From: a virus
Taxonomy: Duplodnaviria > Heunggongvirae > Uroviricota > Caudoviricetes
Strand: one strand, 5' to 3'
IMG/VR virus record: IMGVR_UViG_3300018080_000111
Length of the DNA stretch: 64,000 nucleotides
Shown: positions 19,758 through 29,100 of the stretch, one piece after another
Numbering within the stretch: position 1 is the first letter of the stretch
How the letters are laid out: each line of letters starts with the position of its first letter
Notes under the pieces: model-generated
Databases searched by the model: none
Seen by the model: the letters and a program-made list of their open reading frames with translations, nothing else
What the model was told of the DNA's origin: nothing
Program-made: the position numbers and the translations under genes

Positions 19758-20060
19758 ATGGCTGAGAAATATAAAAGGGGTATCCAGAGATTATATTATC
19801 GATCTTCTTCTTTTAAGGAAGAGGTTGAAGTAACCATGGATATTTTAGATCCTTCCTTGGTTTGGTTTTCTGGATTTCAGTTCATAGAAGTTGGAAAGGG
19901 AGTGTACTTTTTGGATTTCAACTTTTCTATGTTGGGCAGCTATTATGCGATTTTATACGAGGATGGGGCAAAGAAAACTTCCACGAGTTATTACGTATTC
20001 GAGGATGATTTTGTATTACCAACGCCGATGGGAAAGGGACCTTCTGTAATTAATAATTAG
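19758..20060 (+). CDS. hypothetical protein (100 aa)
   Basis: ORF. Confidence 0.4.
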   Translation: MAEKYKRGIQRLYYRSSSFKEEVEVTMDILDPSLVWFSGFQFIEVGKGVYFLDFNFSMLGSYYAILYEDGAKKTSTSYYVFEDDFVLPTPMGKGPSVINN

Positions 20061-20323
20061 TGATGAACAGAAAAGAAAAGAAAAAGTTAGCTCTTTTAGT
20101 CTCCAAGGTTATCGACTGTTCAGAAATTTTACATGCTCCCTCTGGGGGCATTTTATTTGATAAGATTTCTGAAAGTTTGGATGAAGATATTCTAGATGTT
20201 CTCATGGATCATATGGATATGATCAAATTGTATCTGGTCTACGAAAGATTTAATCGGGAGGCATCCGCAAGGGACATAAGTAAGCTTATGTCAATTATTC
20301 GGGAATCCGGGAAAGGAAAGTGA
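20060..20323 (+). CDS. hypothetical protein (87 aa)
   Basis: ORF. Confidence 0.4.
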   Translation: MMNRKEKKKLALLVSKVIDCSEILHAPSGGILFDKISESLDEDILDVLMDHMDMIKLYLVYERFNREASARDISKLMSIIRESGKGK

Positions 20324-20324
20324 T

Positions 20325-20528
20325 ATGATGGAACAGGAGTCTAAGGAAAGAAGTGATCACGATCTCTTAATTGAAGCCATAACCATCTTAAGAGAAGTTA
20401 AGAAGGGACATGAAAACCACTTAGAGCATCATCGAAGACATGATTCGGTGATGTTGTCGGTGACTTTAGGATCTTTATTCACCGCAGTTATTGCGGTTGC
20501 AAGTTCAATACTAGCATACATGAAGTAA
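20325..20528 (+). CDS. small membrane protein (67 aa, C-terminal TM segment)
   Basis: ORF with a hydrophobic C-terminus. Confidence 0.4.
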   Translation: MMEQESKERSDHDLLIEAITILREVKKGHENHLEHHRRHDSVMLSVTLGSLFTAVIAVASSILAYMK

Positions 20529-20538
20529 GGGATACAAA

Positions 20539-20868
20539 ATGGGACTTAGCTATACTCACAGAATCTTATATGATTCCTTAGGACATACTGGAAATACTTA
20601 TTATTATCGATTAGTTCAGAAGAGAACCGGACTTATTTGGGATAATGTAAACGAGCAACTTTCTGCGAATCCAAATTGGGAGGATTCCGCTATTTCAATG
20701 ACGGAGACGGGAACGACCGGACAGTATCCTGTGATAGTTCCAGAGGATGTCCCAGCAGGTACATATGACTTCATTGCACATAAACAAGCGGGTAGCGTTC
20801 CTCAGAATACAGATGATATAGAATTACAATGGGACGCTCCTCCTATTGGTGGCGCTTTGGGATTTTAA
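20539..20868 (+). CDS. hypothetical protein (109 aa)
   Basis: ORF. Confidence 0.45.
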   Translation: MGLSYTHRILYDSLGHTGNTYYYRLVQKRTGLIWDNVNEQLSANPNWEDSAISMTETGTTGQYPVIVPEDVPAGTYDFIAHKQAGSVPQNTDDIELQWDAPPIGGALGF

Positions 20869-20889
20869 TACAAAAGGAAGGATAAAGAA

Positions 20890-22755
20890 ATGTACGAAGA
20901 TTTACTTCGAGCAACTTTAAAAGTGGTAAGTTCTGGGGATGAGATCCTAAAGAGGACTTCTCGAGTCAAGAAGGAAAGAAGGAAGTTGGATGAGAAGGTG
21001 GAGACCTTTCCTCTGGATTCCGTAGGAGTATTTTTTATTGGTGGTAAATATGAGATTGCCCTTTTCTCTTCTAAGAAGCCAGATGTCCAAAAGGATTATA
21101 TAGGATCTTCAACGGATGAAACTGAAGCAGTGGAAACTGCCCGAAAGCTCGCTTCTGCTCTAGATATCAACTTTAAGGGATTGGTCGAAGGAAAAGTCCC
21201 TGACGACTATAAGGACCCAGAGGATAAGAAAATTGAGAAGTTGACTGAGCAGGATGAAGTAGAAGATGAAGATATTGTTGAACCTCCTGAGGAAGAACCA
21301 GAAGAGGAGGAAGTTCCTGAGATAAAACGACCTGAGGAAAATGAAGCTCCAGAAATTACCAAAGAGTATATTGGGAATACAGAGGATATAAACTACTATC
21401 TTATCTCCGAAGAAAATGATGCTGGAGAAGTTTCTGATCTTAAGATCGTGGATCAGGAAGGCGTTGAAAAATTCTCAGCAAGGGCCAGTTCTATTCCTTT
21501 GGAGAATATTCCAGAATTCCTTTATGTGGGAATCCACGAATTGAAGATTGCGGATATTGAATTTGGTATCTTTGATAAATACCTCTACCCTGCTTATATT
21601 GAGGATGAGCGGGGGGAAGAGGAGGAAGCGGCTCCTGAGGAGATGGAGGAGTTGCCAGAGGAACCAGGCGAAGAGCCGGAGGAGCCCAGAGAGAGTAAGA
21701 AGAATGAATCAGTTGATGTAGTTGAAAATCTAAAATGTCCCGAATGTGGAGCCAAATTAGAACTTGTTAATGACTGGCTATCTTTGGCAGAAGATAAAAA
21801 GGAAGTGGGGGAATCCAAAAAGAATCTAAAGGAAATGAAATTTACGGACCACGAGAACAATTCCTTCAACGTATTCTTAGTGGATGACGGCTCTACAGAT
21901 ACTGTGATCGATGTCAATGGAAAAGAGTTCCGCTTCGATTCTGAATTTGCTTCCATGTGGAGAAATGAGGAAGGTGAGTTAACTGAGGAAGGTTTGAAAG
22001 AACTGGCCTTAGATGCCCTTTCCAATATGGAGGAAGATGATTATAATCAGTTAGTAGCAGCCAGTCCAGAAGAGGAGAATGCAGCTCTTCCTCCTGAGCC
22101 GATTAAGAAAGGCACGGAGTATGAGTCTAAAACAAATGAGGCTCTTTCAATCCAAGGGGTTCAGGAACTATTTGCCTCAATAGATCCGAACTTTGCTAAG
22201 TATATGACCAGTAAGTATGAAACTCCTCGAGAGGCTGCCCTTCTGGGTGAGGCAATGGGCTTAGAGTTATCTGATAAGGGGAGAGAGGCACTGGGTAGGA
22301 ATGAATCAAAATTAACCAAAGAAGAAGCAGCTAAGTATGGGTCTTTAGGTAAAAGAGGTAAAAAGAAAAAAGAGAATAATGATAAAGAATCCAAAACGGA
22401 TGAAGGATACAATAAACCCGGAGTTCGAACTGGAACTGGTCCTGCTAAACGTTCTTTGCAAAGGAAGAAAAAAGGTAATGTGGGTAAAAGGAAGGAACGA
22501 GGAGAAAAGTGTCCTAAGGAATCTAAAACTGATGAAAGAGGTGAAGACGTCAGTTTTATGAAGAAAGTCTTCCAAGTAGACTATGAAGAGGATGGAGAAA
22601 ATAAATCCACTAGAGTGATGGCCTTTGATGATTCTGACGCCAAGAAAGAAATGGAAAAGAAACCTGGAATTACTGTCGTAAAGGTTACAAAGGTTTCAAA
22701 GAATGAGTCCCGAGATATGAATCTAACCAGAGCTCTGTTGGAGATGTTAGACTAA
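20890..22755 (+). CDS. large acidic protein with CPECG zinc ribbon and Lys-rich C-terminal region (possible internal head protein)
   Basis: 621 aa. EPEEEEVPE-type acidic tracts. Confidence 0.5.
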   Translation: MYEDLLRATLKVVSSGDEILKRTSRVKKERRKLDEKVETFPLDSVGVFFIGGKYEIALFSSKKPDVQKDYIGSSTDETEAVETARKLASALDINFKGLVEGKVPDDYKDPEDKKIEKLTEQDEVEDEDIVEPPEEEPEEEEVPEIKRPEENEAPEITKEYIGNTEDINYYLISEENDAGEVSDLKIVDQEGVEKFSARASSIPLENIPEFLYVGIHELKIADIEFGIFDKYLYPAYIEDERGEEEEAAPEEMEELPEEPGEEPEEPRESKKNESVDVVENLKCPECGAKLELVNDWLSLAEDKKEVGESKKNLKEMKFTDHENNSFNVFLVDDGSTDTVIDVNGKEFRFDSEFASMWRNEEGELTEEGLKELALDALSNMEEDDYNQLVAASPEEENAALPPEPIKKGTEYESKTNEALSIQGVQELFASIDPNFAKYMTSKYETPREAALLGEAMGLELSDKGREALGRNESKLTKEEAAKYGSLGKRGKKKKENNDKESKTDEGYNKPGVRTGTGPAKRSLQRKKKGNVGKRKERGEKCPKESKTDERGEDVSFMKKVFQVDYEEDGENKSTRVMAFDDSDAKKEMEKKPGITVVKVTKVSKNESRDMNLTRALLEMLD

Positions 22756-22770
22756 GTTGAGGATATAGAT

Positions 22771-25700
22771 ATGAATATTATTGAAAATCTGAAGAATAAA
22801 CCAATAATTGAAGAGAAGGATCAGGGAAACCTTCCGGATGCTGTCCTTTGCCGGGTTACTTACAATATATGTAATCTGGGAGAAAGGAATGCAAACAATC
22901 GCATCTATGAGAGAGGGGTCTTTGATAAAGTCCTTGCCGATGAAACTCTTCAGGAAATGATTCAGAATCGAAGACTATTTGGTCAGGCGGAACATCCTAC
23001 GGAGACTCAATCTGATCTTCAACTTACTTCTCATGTTATCCATAAGATGTGGATGGATGAGAATAATGTTTGGCAGACCATGGACGTTCTGGATACTCCT
23101 ATGGGTAGAATTGTGGATAGTTTAATCCGGGCTGAGTGTGGTGTTGGTGTTAGCACTCGGGCAGAGGGAGACCTGGAAGAGTCTGAGGATGACACCGGAA
23201 AGTTCAGTAGGGTGATTCCGGAATCATATGTTTACCGCACGACTGATTTTACTGCGGACCCGAGCACGTTCGGAGTTTTACCTGCCTCTATTAAAAGGAA
23301 TGTACTACCTACGGTTCAGGCCGAGATGGAGAACAAGAGTGCTACATCGGCAGAGAGGGACTTTGCTAAGCAGTTGTTTGAGTCTATTTCTAAGACAGAG
23401 GAATCCAAGGAATCTAAAACCACCGTCGAATCCCTTCTTAAAGAAGATAAGATCAAAGAAGGAACAGAACTCCTTTATGGTGATCAGGAGGTCAAGATAA
23501 TTAAGATTGATGAAGGAAGAGTTCTGGTTGGACTCCCAGGAAAAGAAGGAGACATTGCTATCGAAGGTGCAGAGGTTGCTACTATAGAAGTAGACTCTGG
23601 AAAAGTTCATGTCTGGCCGAAGGAGGAGATGGATATAGATGTTCCTGAGGCAGAACCGGTTGGAGATTTTGAGCCTGAGATGGAGGAGAAAAAGGAGACT
23701 AAGGAGACGGTCAGCCATAAAGGAAGAATTGTCATAACTAAGGATGATTTGAAGTTTGCTGATTCTGAAGATCTTCAAAGATTCCGTAAGATGATGGAAT
23801 TGGATAGAGCGGATCTTGAGGATGGTTTAACTTTAGAGGATCTGGAAGAGAAATGTAGTAAGTCCCACCCCAAGAAGAAAAAGATGAAGGAAGGAATGGA
23901 TCAACTCGTGGCTCGTAAGGAAGAACTCCTGGCCAAAAAAGAAGCTGGAAAATGTACTGAGGATGAGCGAAAGGAGTTGGTAGATATTGAGTCCAAGTTG
24001 AAAGATATGGATGTTGATATTGAGGAAAAATCTCTTCCTACTGAAGGAGGAGTCAGCTCTAAGGTTGCACAAGGAAACGTTCTGAAGAAAGGTGAGGAAA
24101 CTTGGATTGTGAAAAATTCAGACGCTTCTGGAGTTACTGTAACACAACCAGGTGAACCCGCTTCTGAGAAACATATTTCATGGGAATCCTTAGATGATGA
24201 GGACTTCGTAAAGATTGGTGAGAAGGTTGAAATTACAGAAGGATTTGATGTAGGAGACATCGTTCAGATAAAGGATAAAGAAGGAAATACTACAGTTGTT
24301 CCTGAGGCTACCGTTGCTAAAAAAGAGGAACAACAGGAAGGAGTAATGGCGGTAGAAGTTACTGGATCGGATAATGAGGATGAAATGCAATGGTACTCTG
24401 AAGATGAATATCAGATTATTCCTTTGAATAGGAAGAAATGGGAATCTAAGGTAGATGAATCTATTGATGAGGGATTCAAAACTGATCTGAGGAATAAGGA
24501 CAAGGCGGCCATCAAGAAAAGAATTTCAAATATTACTGACAAGATTCTTGCTGGTGAAAAAGTATCTTCTTCTGATAAGAGGTATTGGGAGGACTTCCAC
24601 ACGGCTGTGGAGAAGGTGAAAGGGGATGAGCCTAAAAATGAATCTGTTAATGAAGCAAAGGATGGATTCCTTTGGAGTGACCCAATTTCTGGTGCAAAAT
24701 ATGAGTTGACCAAAGATGACGACGGTTATATCATTTATGCTGATGAACAAGAAATTCTTACAACTAAAGGTGGGGGAGTTAAAATTATTGATGAATTCCA
24801 GGTTGGGGATGGGTTTATTAATATTCTATCAGAAACTGGATCTCACCAATATAGTGAATCTAAAGAAAGTAAATTAATTAAAGAACAATCGGATGAGGGC
24901 ACTGTTTATAGATTTAGTTCTTCTTCCGGATATGATTACGTGGCCAGCTTTAAGGAAGATGGGAGTTTTACTATTGAGGATGAGGAAAATGTATTAGCTC
25001 AAGGAACTTGGTCTGGCGCTGGGGTTACCAAAGTTGGCATAAATGATCCAATAAAGATTATTAATTTCCTACAAGAGCTCCTGTTCGATGGGGGTTATGA
25101 GGAAAGACCGATAGAATCCAAAGACATTAAAATCCAAGAGGCCATCTCCAGAGCAGAAAAGGAAAAGGCCTTAGAAACCATTGAGGAACTTTCCAATGAG
25201 TTGGATTCACAAAAGAACGAAAGTTCGGATTCTAAATTGAGGCTCAAGATGCTTATGAAGAAGATGAAGGAATCCCTCCAGGTTTATGATGAGGTATCCG
25301 CTCTTCGGACTAAGTTGGAGGAAAAGGCCAAAGAGGCCCACAGTCTGAGAGAATCCTTGGAGGAATCTAAATCTAAGTTAGATGAGGAGAAAAAGAAAGG
25401 GAAAGAGCAAATCTTAACCATTTCAGAAACACATAAGAATAAAGTAAATGCTATTGTTGAAAGTAACCAAAATCGTATTAAGATAGTAAAGGAGGAATAT
25501 GAGGAAATAGTTGAAGAGTCTAAAGCGCTAGGTATCACTGAAGGAAAATCAAAGGTCCTCAGTGAATACATAGATCGTAGACTTGCTGAGATTGGTCTGA
25601 GTATTGGGGAAAATACTCGAGCACTTCTCGATGGATGCGAATCCATTGGTGACGTGGAGGATATCCTGGAAAAAACTAAGGATATCCAACGCCGGAATGC

Positions 25701-25812
25701 ACTTCATTCTGAAGGAATCAAGGAAGTTCGCATAAGGAACCATCGTCAGATTGATCCTGAACAGGCAAGGGTGAAAGATGATGTGGATAATGCACTCGAC
25801 GGTATGATGTAA
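22771..25812 (+). CDS. prohead protease (T4 gp21-like N-terminal domain) fused to a long acidic coiled-coil scaffold-like region
   Basis: N-terminal NANNRIYERGVFD...LFGQAEHPTE resembles the gp21-family N..R.Y and G..E.DHP motifs. The remaining 800 aa or so are E/K/D-rich. It lies between the portal and the capsid gene, as in T4. Confidence 0.6.
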   Translation: MNIIENLKNKPIIEEKDQGNLPDAVLCRVTYNICNLGERNANNRIYERGVFDKVLADETLQEMIQNRRLFGQAEHPTETQSDLQLTSHVIHKMWMDENNVWQTMDVLDTPMGRIVDSLIRAECGVGVSTRAEGDLEESEDDTGKFSRVIPESYVYRTTDFTADPSTFGVLPASIKRNVLPTVQAEMENKSATSAERDFAKQLFESISKTEESKESKTTVESLLKEDKIKEGTELLYGDQEVKIIKIDEGRVLVGLPGKEGDIAIEGAEVATIEVDSGKVHVWPKEEMDIDVPEAEPVGDFEPEMEEKKETKETVSHKGRIVITKDDLKFADSEDLQRFRKMMELDRADLEDGLTLEDLEEKCSKSHPKKKKMKEGMDQLVARKEELLAKKEAGKCTEDERKELVDIESKLKDMDVDIEEKSLPTEGGVSSKVAQGNVLKKGEETWIVKNSDASGVTVTQPGEPASEKHISWESLDDEDFVKIGEKVEITEGFDVGDIVQIKDKEGNTTVVPEATVAKKEEQQEGVMAVEVTGSDNEDEMQWYSEDEYQIIPLNRKKWESKVDESIDEGFKTDLRNKDKAAIKKRISNITDKILAGEKVSSSDKRYWEDFHTAVEKVKGDEPKNESVNEAKDGFLWSDPISGAKYELTKDDDGYIIYADEQEILTTKGGGVKIIDEFQVGDGFINILSETGSHQYSESKESKLIKEQSDEGTVYRFSSSSGYDYVASFKEDGSFTIEDEENVLAQGTWSGAGVTKVGINDPIKIINFLQELLFDGGYEERPIESKDIKIQEAISRAEKEKALETIEELSNELDSQKNESSDSKLRLKMLMKKMKESLQVYDEVSALRTKLEEKAKEAHSLRESLEESKSKLDEEKKKGKEQILTISETHKNKVNAIVESNQNRIKIVKEEYEEIVEESKALGITEGKSKVLSEYIDRRLAEIGLSIGENTRALLDGCESIGDVEDILEKTKDIQRRNALHSEGIKEVRIRNHRQIDPEQARVKDDVDNALDGMM

Positions 25813-25849
25813 AATATCTAGAGGCATTAATTTAAGGAGATTATTTATT

Positions 25850-26781
25850 ATGTTAGCTGGTAAGCAAATTGTTGAGTCTCGGATGAAACAAATCGAGACG
25901 GAACGGGACGCCCTTCTGAGTGATCCGACTATTAAGCGGTATCTTTCGGCAGTGAGCGAATCCGTTCAGGATAAGAAAGGCAGAGAGATGACTCTGCATG
26001 AGCAGCGTGTGGTTGCTCAGTGTCTCCGGAACGCTATTGATGATGCAGCCATGCGTTCCAGTAAACCGACCTTGTCAGAGACCACGACTGAGGATGCTGT
26101 AAGTTTCCTCGGGGTCCAATTGCCTGTGATAGCGGCACTACTTCCTTCCTTAGTGCTACCCGAGGTTGGAATTGTGCAGGCGATGGACCGGAGAACGGCC
26201 GCGGTCTTCTACTTCGACGTGAAGTATGGAAGCACCAAGGGTGCGGTTACTGCGGGTGACACGATGTTGTCGGCTACGACTGGCCATGCGACTTCAAAGT
26301 CCGGCCGGATGTATGCGATCGCTCGAGTGGTTGATGAGACTATTGGTACTAGTGACGGAACTAAGTCCGGTACCTTGGAGTACGCTCCTGGTCTGATTAA
26401 TCTTGAGAACATTAAGTTCGAGTCCGTTAGTGGATCGACGCGGACTACCCTGGGTACTTCTAATGCCAGCGGTACTGTTACTGGAGACTATGTCACTTCT
26501 GGTACGGTCACTGCGGCTGGAGTTTATAATGTGACGTTTTCAGGGTTGACGAGTGGAACGACCATTTATATTACGTACGACTATCAGTACGATAAACCGG
26601 TTGATTCGTATAACAATCGGGATGGTGTTCCTGAGGTCGATTTCTCGATTACCCAGAGCTCACTTGAAGCTATTGACTTCCCAGTGAGATCGCGGTATTC
26701 GGTTGGGGCGGCTTTGGATATGATGAAAGCTCACGGTGTAGATCTCGAAAAAGAGGTCGTAAAGTATCTTGGTCACGAGAT
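25850..26781 (+). CDS. major capsid protein (T4 gp23-like), exon 1
   Basis: AALDMMKAHGVDLEKEVVKYLGHEI aligns with T4 gp23 AQDLRAVHGMDADAELSGILATEI. GC is elevated, about 50%. The frame terminates at TAG 26792 just inside the intron. Confidence 0.7.
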
Positions 26782-27087
26782 TAGCTTAAATTAGTCTCGT
26801 AAGCAGCTCAATTCGGTGAAAACCTGATCAGAGAAATCTGAAGGCAATACCGAGCCAGATTATTAAAAAGAAGTATAATATGACTTTCCTAATTTGGACA
26901 GAGGATTTTCTTTTTAATAAAAATGGTGTAACGACTACTTTTCCTCAGGTGACTGGGGAAGATACGGCTGCCAACTCAATAGAGTTGAAGGGATAGTCTG
27001 AGCTGCATGGAAACATGCAGAGATGAGCAGAAATGACTCATCCGCCTATTAAATGATTTGGATAATAGGTTAACAAGCAACAGAATG
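26782..27087 (+). mobile_element. group I intron 1 (306 nt, ORF-less)
   Basis: P1: exon CGAGAU (26776-81) pairs with intron GUCUCG (26794-99) with a terminal U.G at the splice site. R-like aacgactac at about 26925. S-like gatagtctg at about 26993. P9 hairpin CTGCATG-GAAA-CATGCAG. P9.1 GATGAG...CTCATC. Candidate omega-G at 27087 in context aacagaatG. Length is a multiple of 3. Confidence 0.6.
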
Positions 27088-27271
27088 TAAATTCACAGTC
27101 GACCAAGTCGGGCTGGATTTAATCGACGAAGCTGCAAGTGGCAGCGGAGCTGCTACGGGAACCACAGTGTTCGATACTACTCTTTCAAATGGCGAGGCAT
27201 GGATTTGGCGTAAGCATATGTTGAAAGATAGGTTCGAAGAAGGTAAATATATTGCCTCTTTATTCAGCAAT
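27088..27271 (+). CDS. major capsid protein, middle exon (3' boundary uncertain, somewhere 27250-27289)
   Basis: Open frame 27074-27289 encodes ...KFTVDQVGLDLIDEAASGSGAATGTTVFDTTLSNGEAWIW..., matching the T4 gp23 segment VVDWINYSAQVGKSG..GSKAGVFDF..GARWAG that is absent from exons 1 and 3. Confidence 0.5.
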
Positions 27272-27529
27272 GAATATCGAAAATCTGCTTAAACGGAGAA
27301 ACTCCTAACAGATGATGCTGAGGACAATTCCGTACTAGAATATCGAAAATCCATTATGGATAGAACAGATATAAATAGTGTAGAGACTAAGTTGATGGAA
27401 GCGATTCCATTGGCCATGGCAGACATCCCAAGTGGATGAAGAAATAGTCCGAGCTGTATGGAAACATGCAGAGATGAGCAGAAATGACTCATCCGCCTAC
27501 TTAGGTAGGTCACAAAAAGTAACAGATTG
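27272..27529 (+). mobile_element. group I intron 2 (about 258 nt, ORF-less; 5' boundary uncertain)
   Basis: R-like tagagactaag at 27379-27389. S aagaaatagtccg at 27438-27450, a 12/13 match to AAGATATAGTCCG. P9 CTGTATG-GAAA-CATGCAG. P9.1. Candidate omega-G at 27529 in context aacagattG, paralleling intron 1. Confidence 0.55.
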
Positions 27530-27847
27530 AGTAACAACATCTTCGCAAAGACCAAGAGGGCAATCGCGAACTTTATCATTTGTGGCAACAATGTTGCTCG
27601 TGTCATTAAGCAACTTCAGCCTGATTTTGTTCCGGCACCGGGTCTGAATAAGACTCCGCCTACTGGTCCGATTAAGATTGGTGAGTTGAATGGACGTACG
27701 GTTATCCAGAATCCTTTCAAGTCAAGCAACTACTACACGATGGGTTATAAGGGTGATAATTACCTGATGGCTGGGTCAACACACATCAGGGAAATGGTAA
27801 AAGAACTTTGTTCAGATCAGTATAATAGTATGAACAAAGCTGCATAA
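27530..27847 (+). CDS. major capsid protein, exon 3
   Basis: NFIICGNNVARVI aligns with T4 NFIIASRNVVNVL, and YYTMGYKGDNYLMAG with YFTVGYKGPNEMDAG. The frame is open from 27509 and shared with exons 1 and 2. Confidence 0.7.
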   Translation, partial: SNNIFAKTKRAIANFIICGNNVARVIKQLQPDFVPAPGLNKTPPTGPIKIGELNGRTVIQNPFKSSNYYTMGYKGDNYLMAGSTHIREMVKELCSDQYNSMNKAA

Positions 27848-27878
27848 ACATGGGCCCAGTATAAAGGAATTAAATTCG

Positions 27879-28982
27879 GTGAAGGCTAAGGAAGAACGTA
27901 ATTTTGTGGAAAAGGATGGCAAGTGGATCTGCCTTCTTTGTGATCGGGAATTTAAAAGCAAGGCCAGTGTAGGAAGCCATTTGAGTTGGCATTCCAGCGG
28001 TCCCCGTTCCACGGATCATCTTGAGTATGCCAGATCTTGTGTTAATAAGGAAGAACAGATCAAGTCTATGCATAAGGCCTTACGAAAGAAGTTTGAGGAT
28101 AAGGAATGGGTTGAAGATAAGTATAAAAGGACTTCTGAAAGTATAAAGAGTTCTTTTTACTTTAGCGAAGAGAATAAGGAAGTAAGAATAGTTAATGCCA
28201 GGAAAGGCTCAGATTCCTTGTGGAGTAATCCAGAATCCAAGGATAAATGGATGGAAAGTCGGTTTGATAACCAATTTAAGCAGAACCATTACATCTATAA
28301 TGGAACTCATTTTAGAAGCACCTATGAAGTGAAGTTCGCTTATATTTTGGATGTTCTAGGTTTCAATTGGGAATATGAGACGGGATATTTTAATTATCAT
28401 CTGTATGGAAAAGAGAGAAAATACCTTCCAGATTTTTACCTTCCTGAGTTAGATATTTGGGTTGAGGTTTTTGGAAGATATACAGATGAGAAGGGATTAA
28501 AGATTTATCTTACTTCTAAGGAAAACAATATTACTATCTTCGCTACCACATTAGATGACTTTCACTCATTTGAGTTAAATGATCAAGATATCATTTTTTC
28601 TCAGGATGGGGAGAAGGAAAACTTCTTCTATGCTAATACCGAGCCAAGCCAAATAAGAAATTATTTGGAAGGTGTAGAGACTAGAATCGAAAGTCTAAGG
28701 AAATATATTATTTCTAGGGCAAGTAGATTCCACGAACAGTTCCTCGTAGATGAAAACTACGAAAGATATAGTCCGACCTTACAAGAAATTGTAAGAAATG
28801 AGGATAAAGAGCCTCATGATAACATAAATGTCATGTACTGTCCGTACATCCCCTTATTCGCTACTCCAACCTTAATTACCAGTGATCTTATCTCTCAGAA
28901 GGGCTTCTTAAGCTCGGCTGGATTTAAGGTGATCAACGCTGGTATGTTCTGTGAGGGGTACATCAGTGGTACGATTTCTTAA
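27879..28982 (+). CDS. C2H2 zinc-finger plus PD-(D/E)xK-like nuclease (candidate free-standing homing endonuclease)
   Basis: N-terminal CLLCDREFKSKASVGSHLSWH (C2H2). Core PDFYLPELDIWVEV resembles a PD...E.D restriction-like motif. Sits directly 3' of the intron-bearing capsid gene. Confidence 0.5.
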   Translation: MKAKEERNFVEKDGKWICLLCDREFKSKASVGSHLSWHSSGPRSTDHLEYARSCVNKEEQIKSMHKALRKKFEDKEWVEDKYKRTSESIKSSFYFSEENKEVRIVNARKGSDSLWSNPESKDKWMESRFDNQFKQNHYIYNGTHFRSTYEVKFAYILDVLGFNWEYETGYFNYHLYGKERKYLPDFYLPELDIWVEVFGRYTDEKGLKIYLTSKENNITIFATTLDDFHSFELNDQDIIFSQDGEKENFFYANTEPSQIRNYLEGVETRIESLRKYIISRASRFHEQFLVDENYERYSPTLQEIVRNEDKEPHDNINVMYCPYIPLFATPTLITSDLISQKGFLSSAGFKVINAGMFCEGYISGTIS

Positions 28983-29100
28983 TCGTATGTTTAGTTAACT
29001 AGGTTAAATTTTCAGGTATTTTCGAATAGTTGGAAACTCAGGGTAGGACTTCTAAGGAAAGGGGTTCTGCCCTGGGCCTTTAGTATTTTAGGAATGAATA

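Noticed and set aside
27070-27270. 66-aa minus-strand ORF inside the intron/middle-exon region
   Set aside because: The plus-strand frame here encodes a segment that aligns with T4 gp23, so the antisense ORF is most likely spurious.
27848-27870. Palindrome TGGGCCCA just after the capsid gene stop, as a possible terminator
   Set aside because: An 8-bp perfect palindrome with no loop and no U-tract is not a convincing intrinsic terminator.
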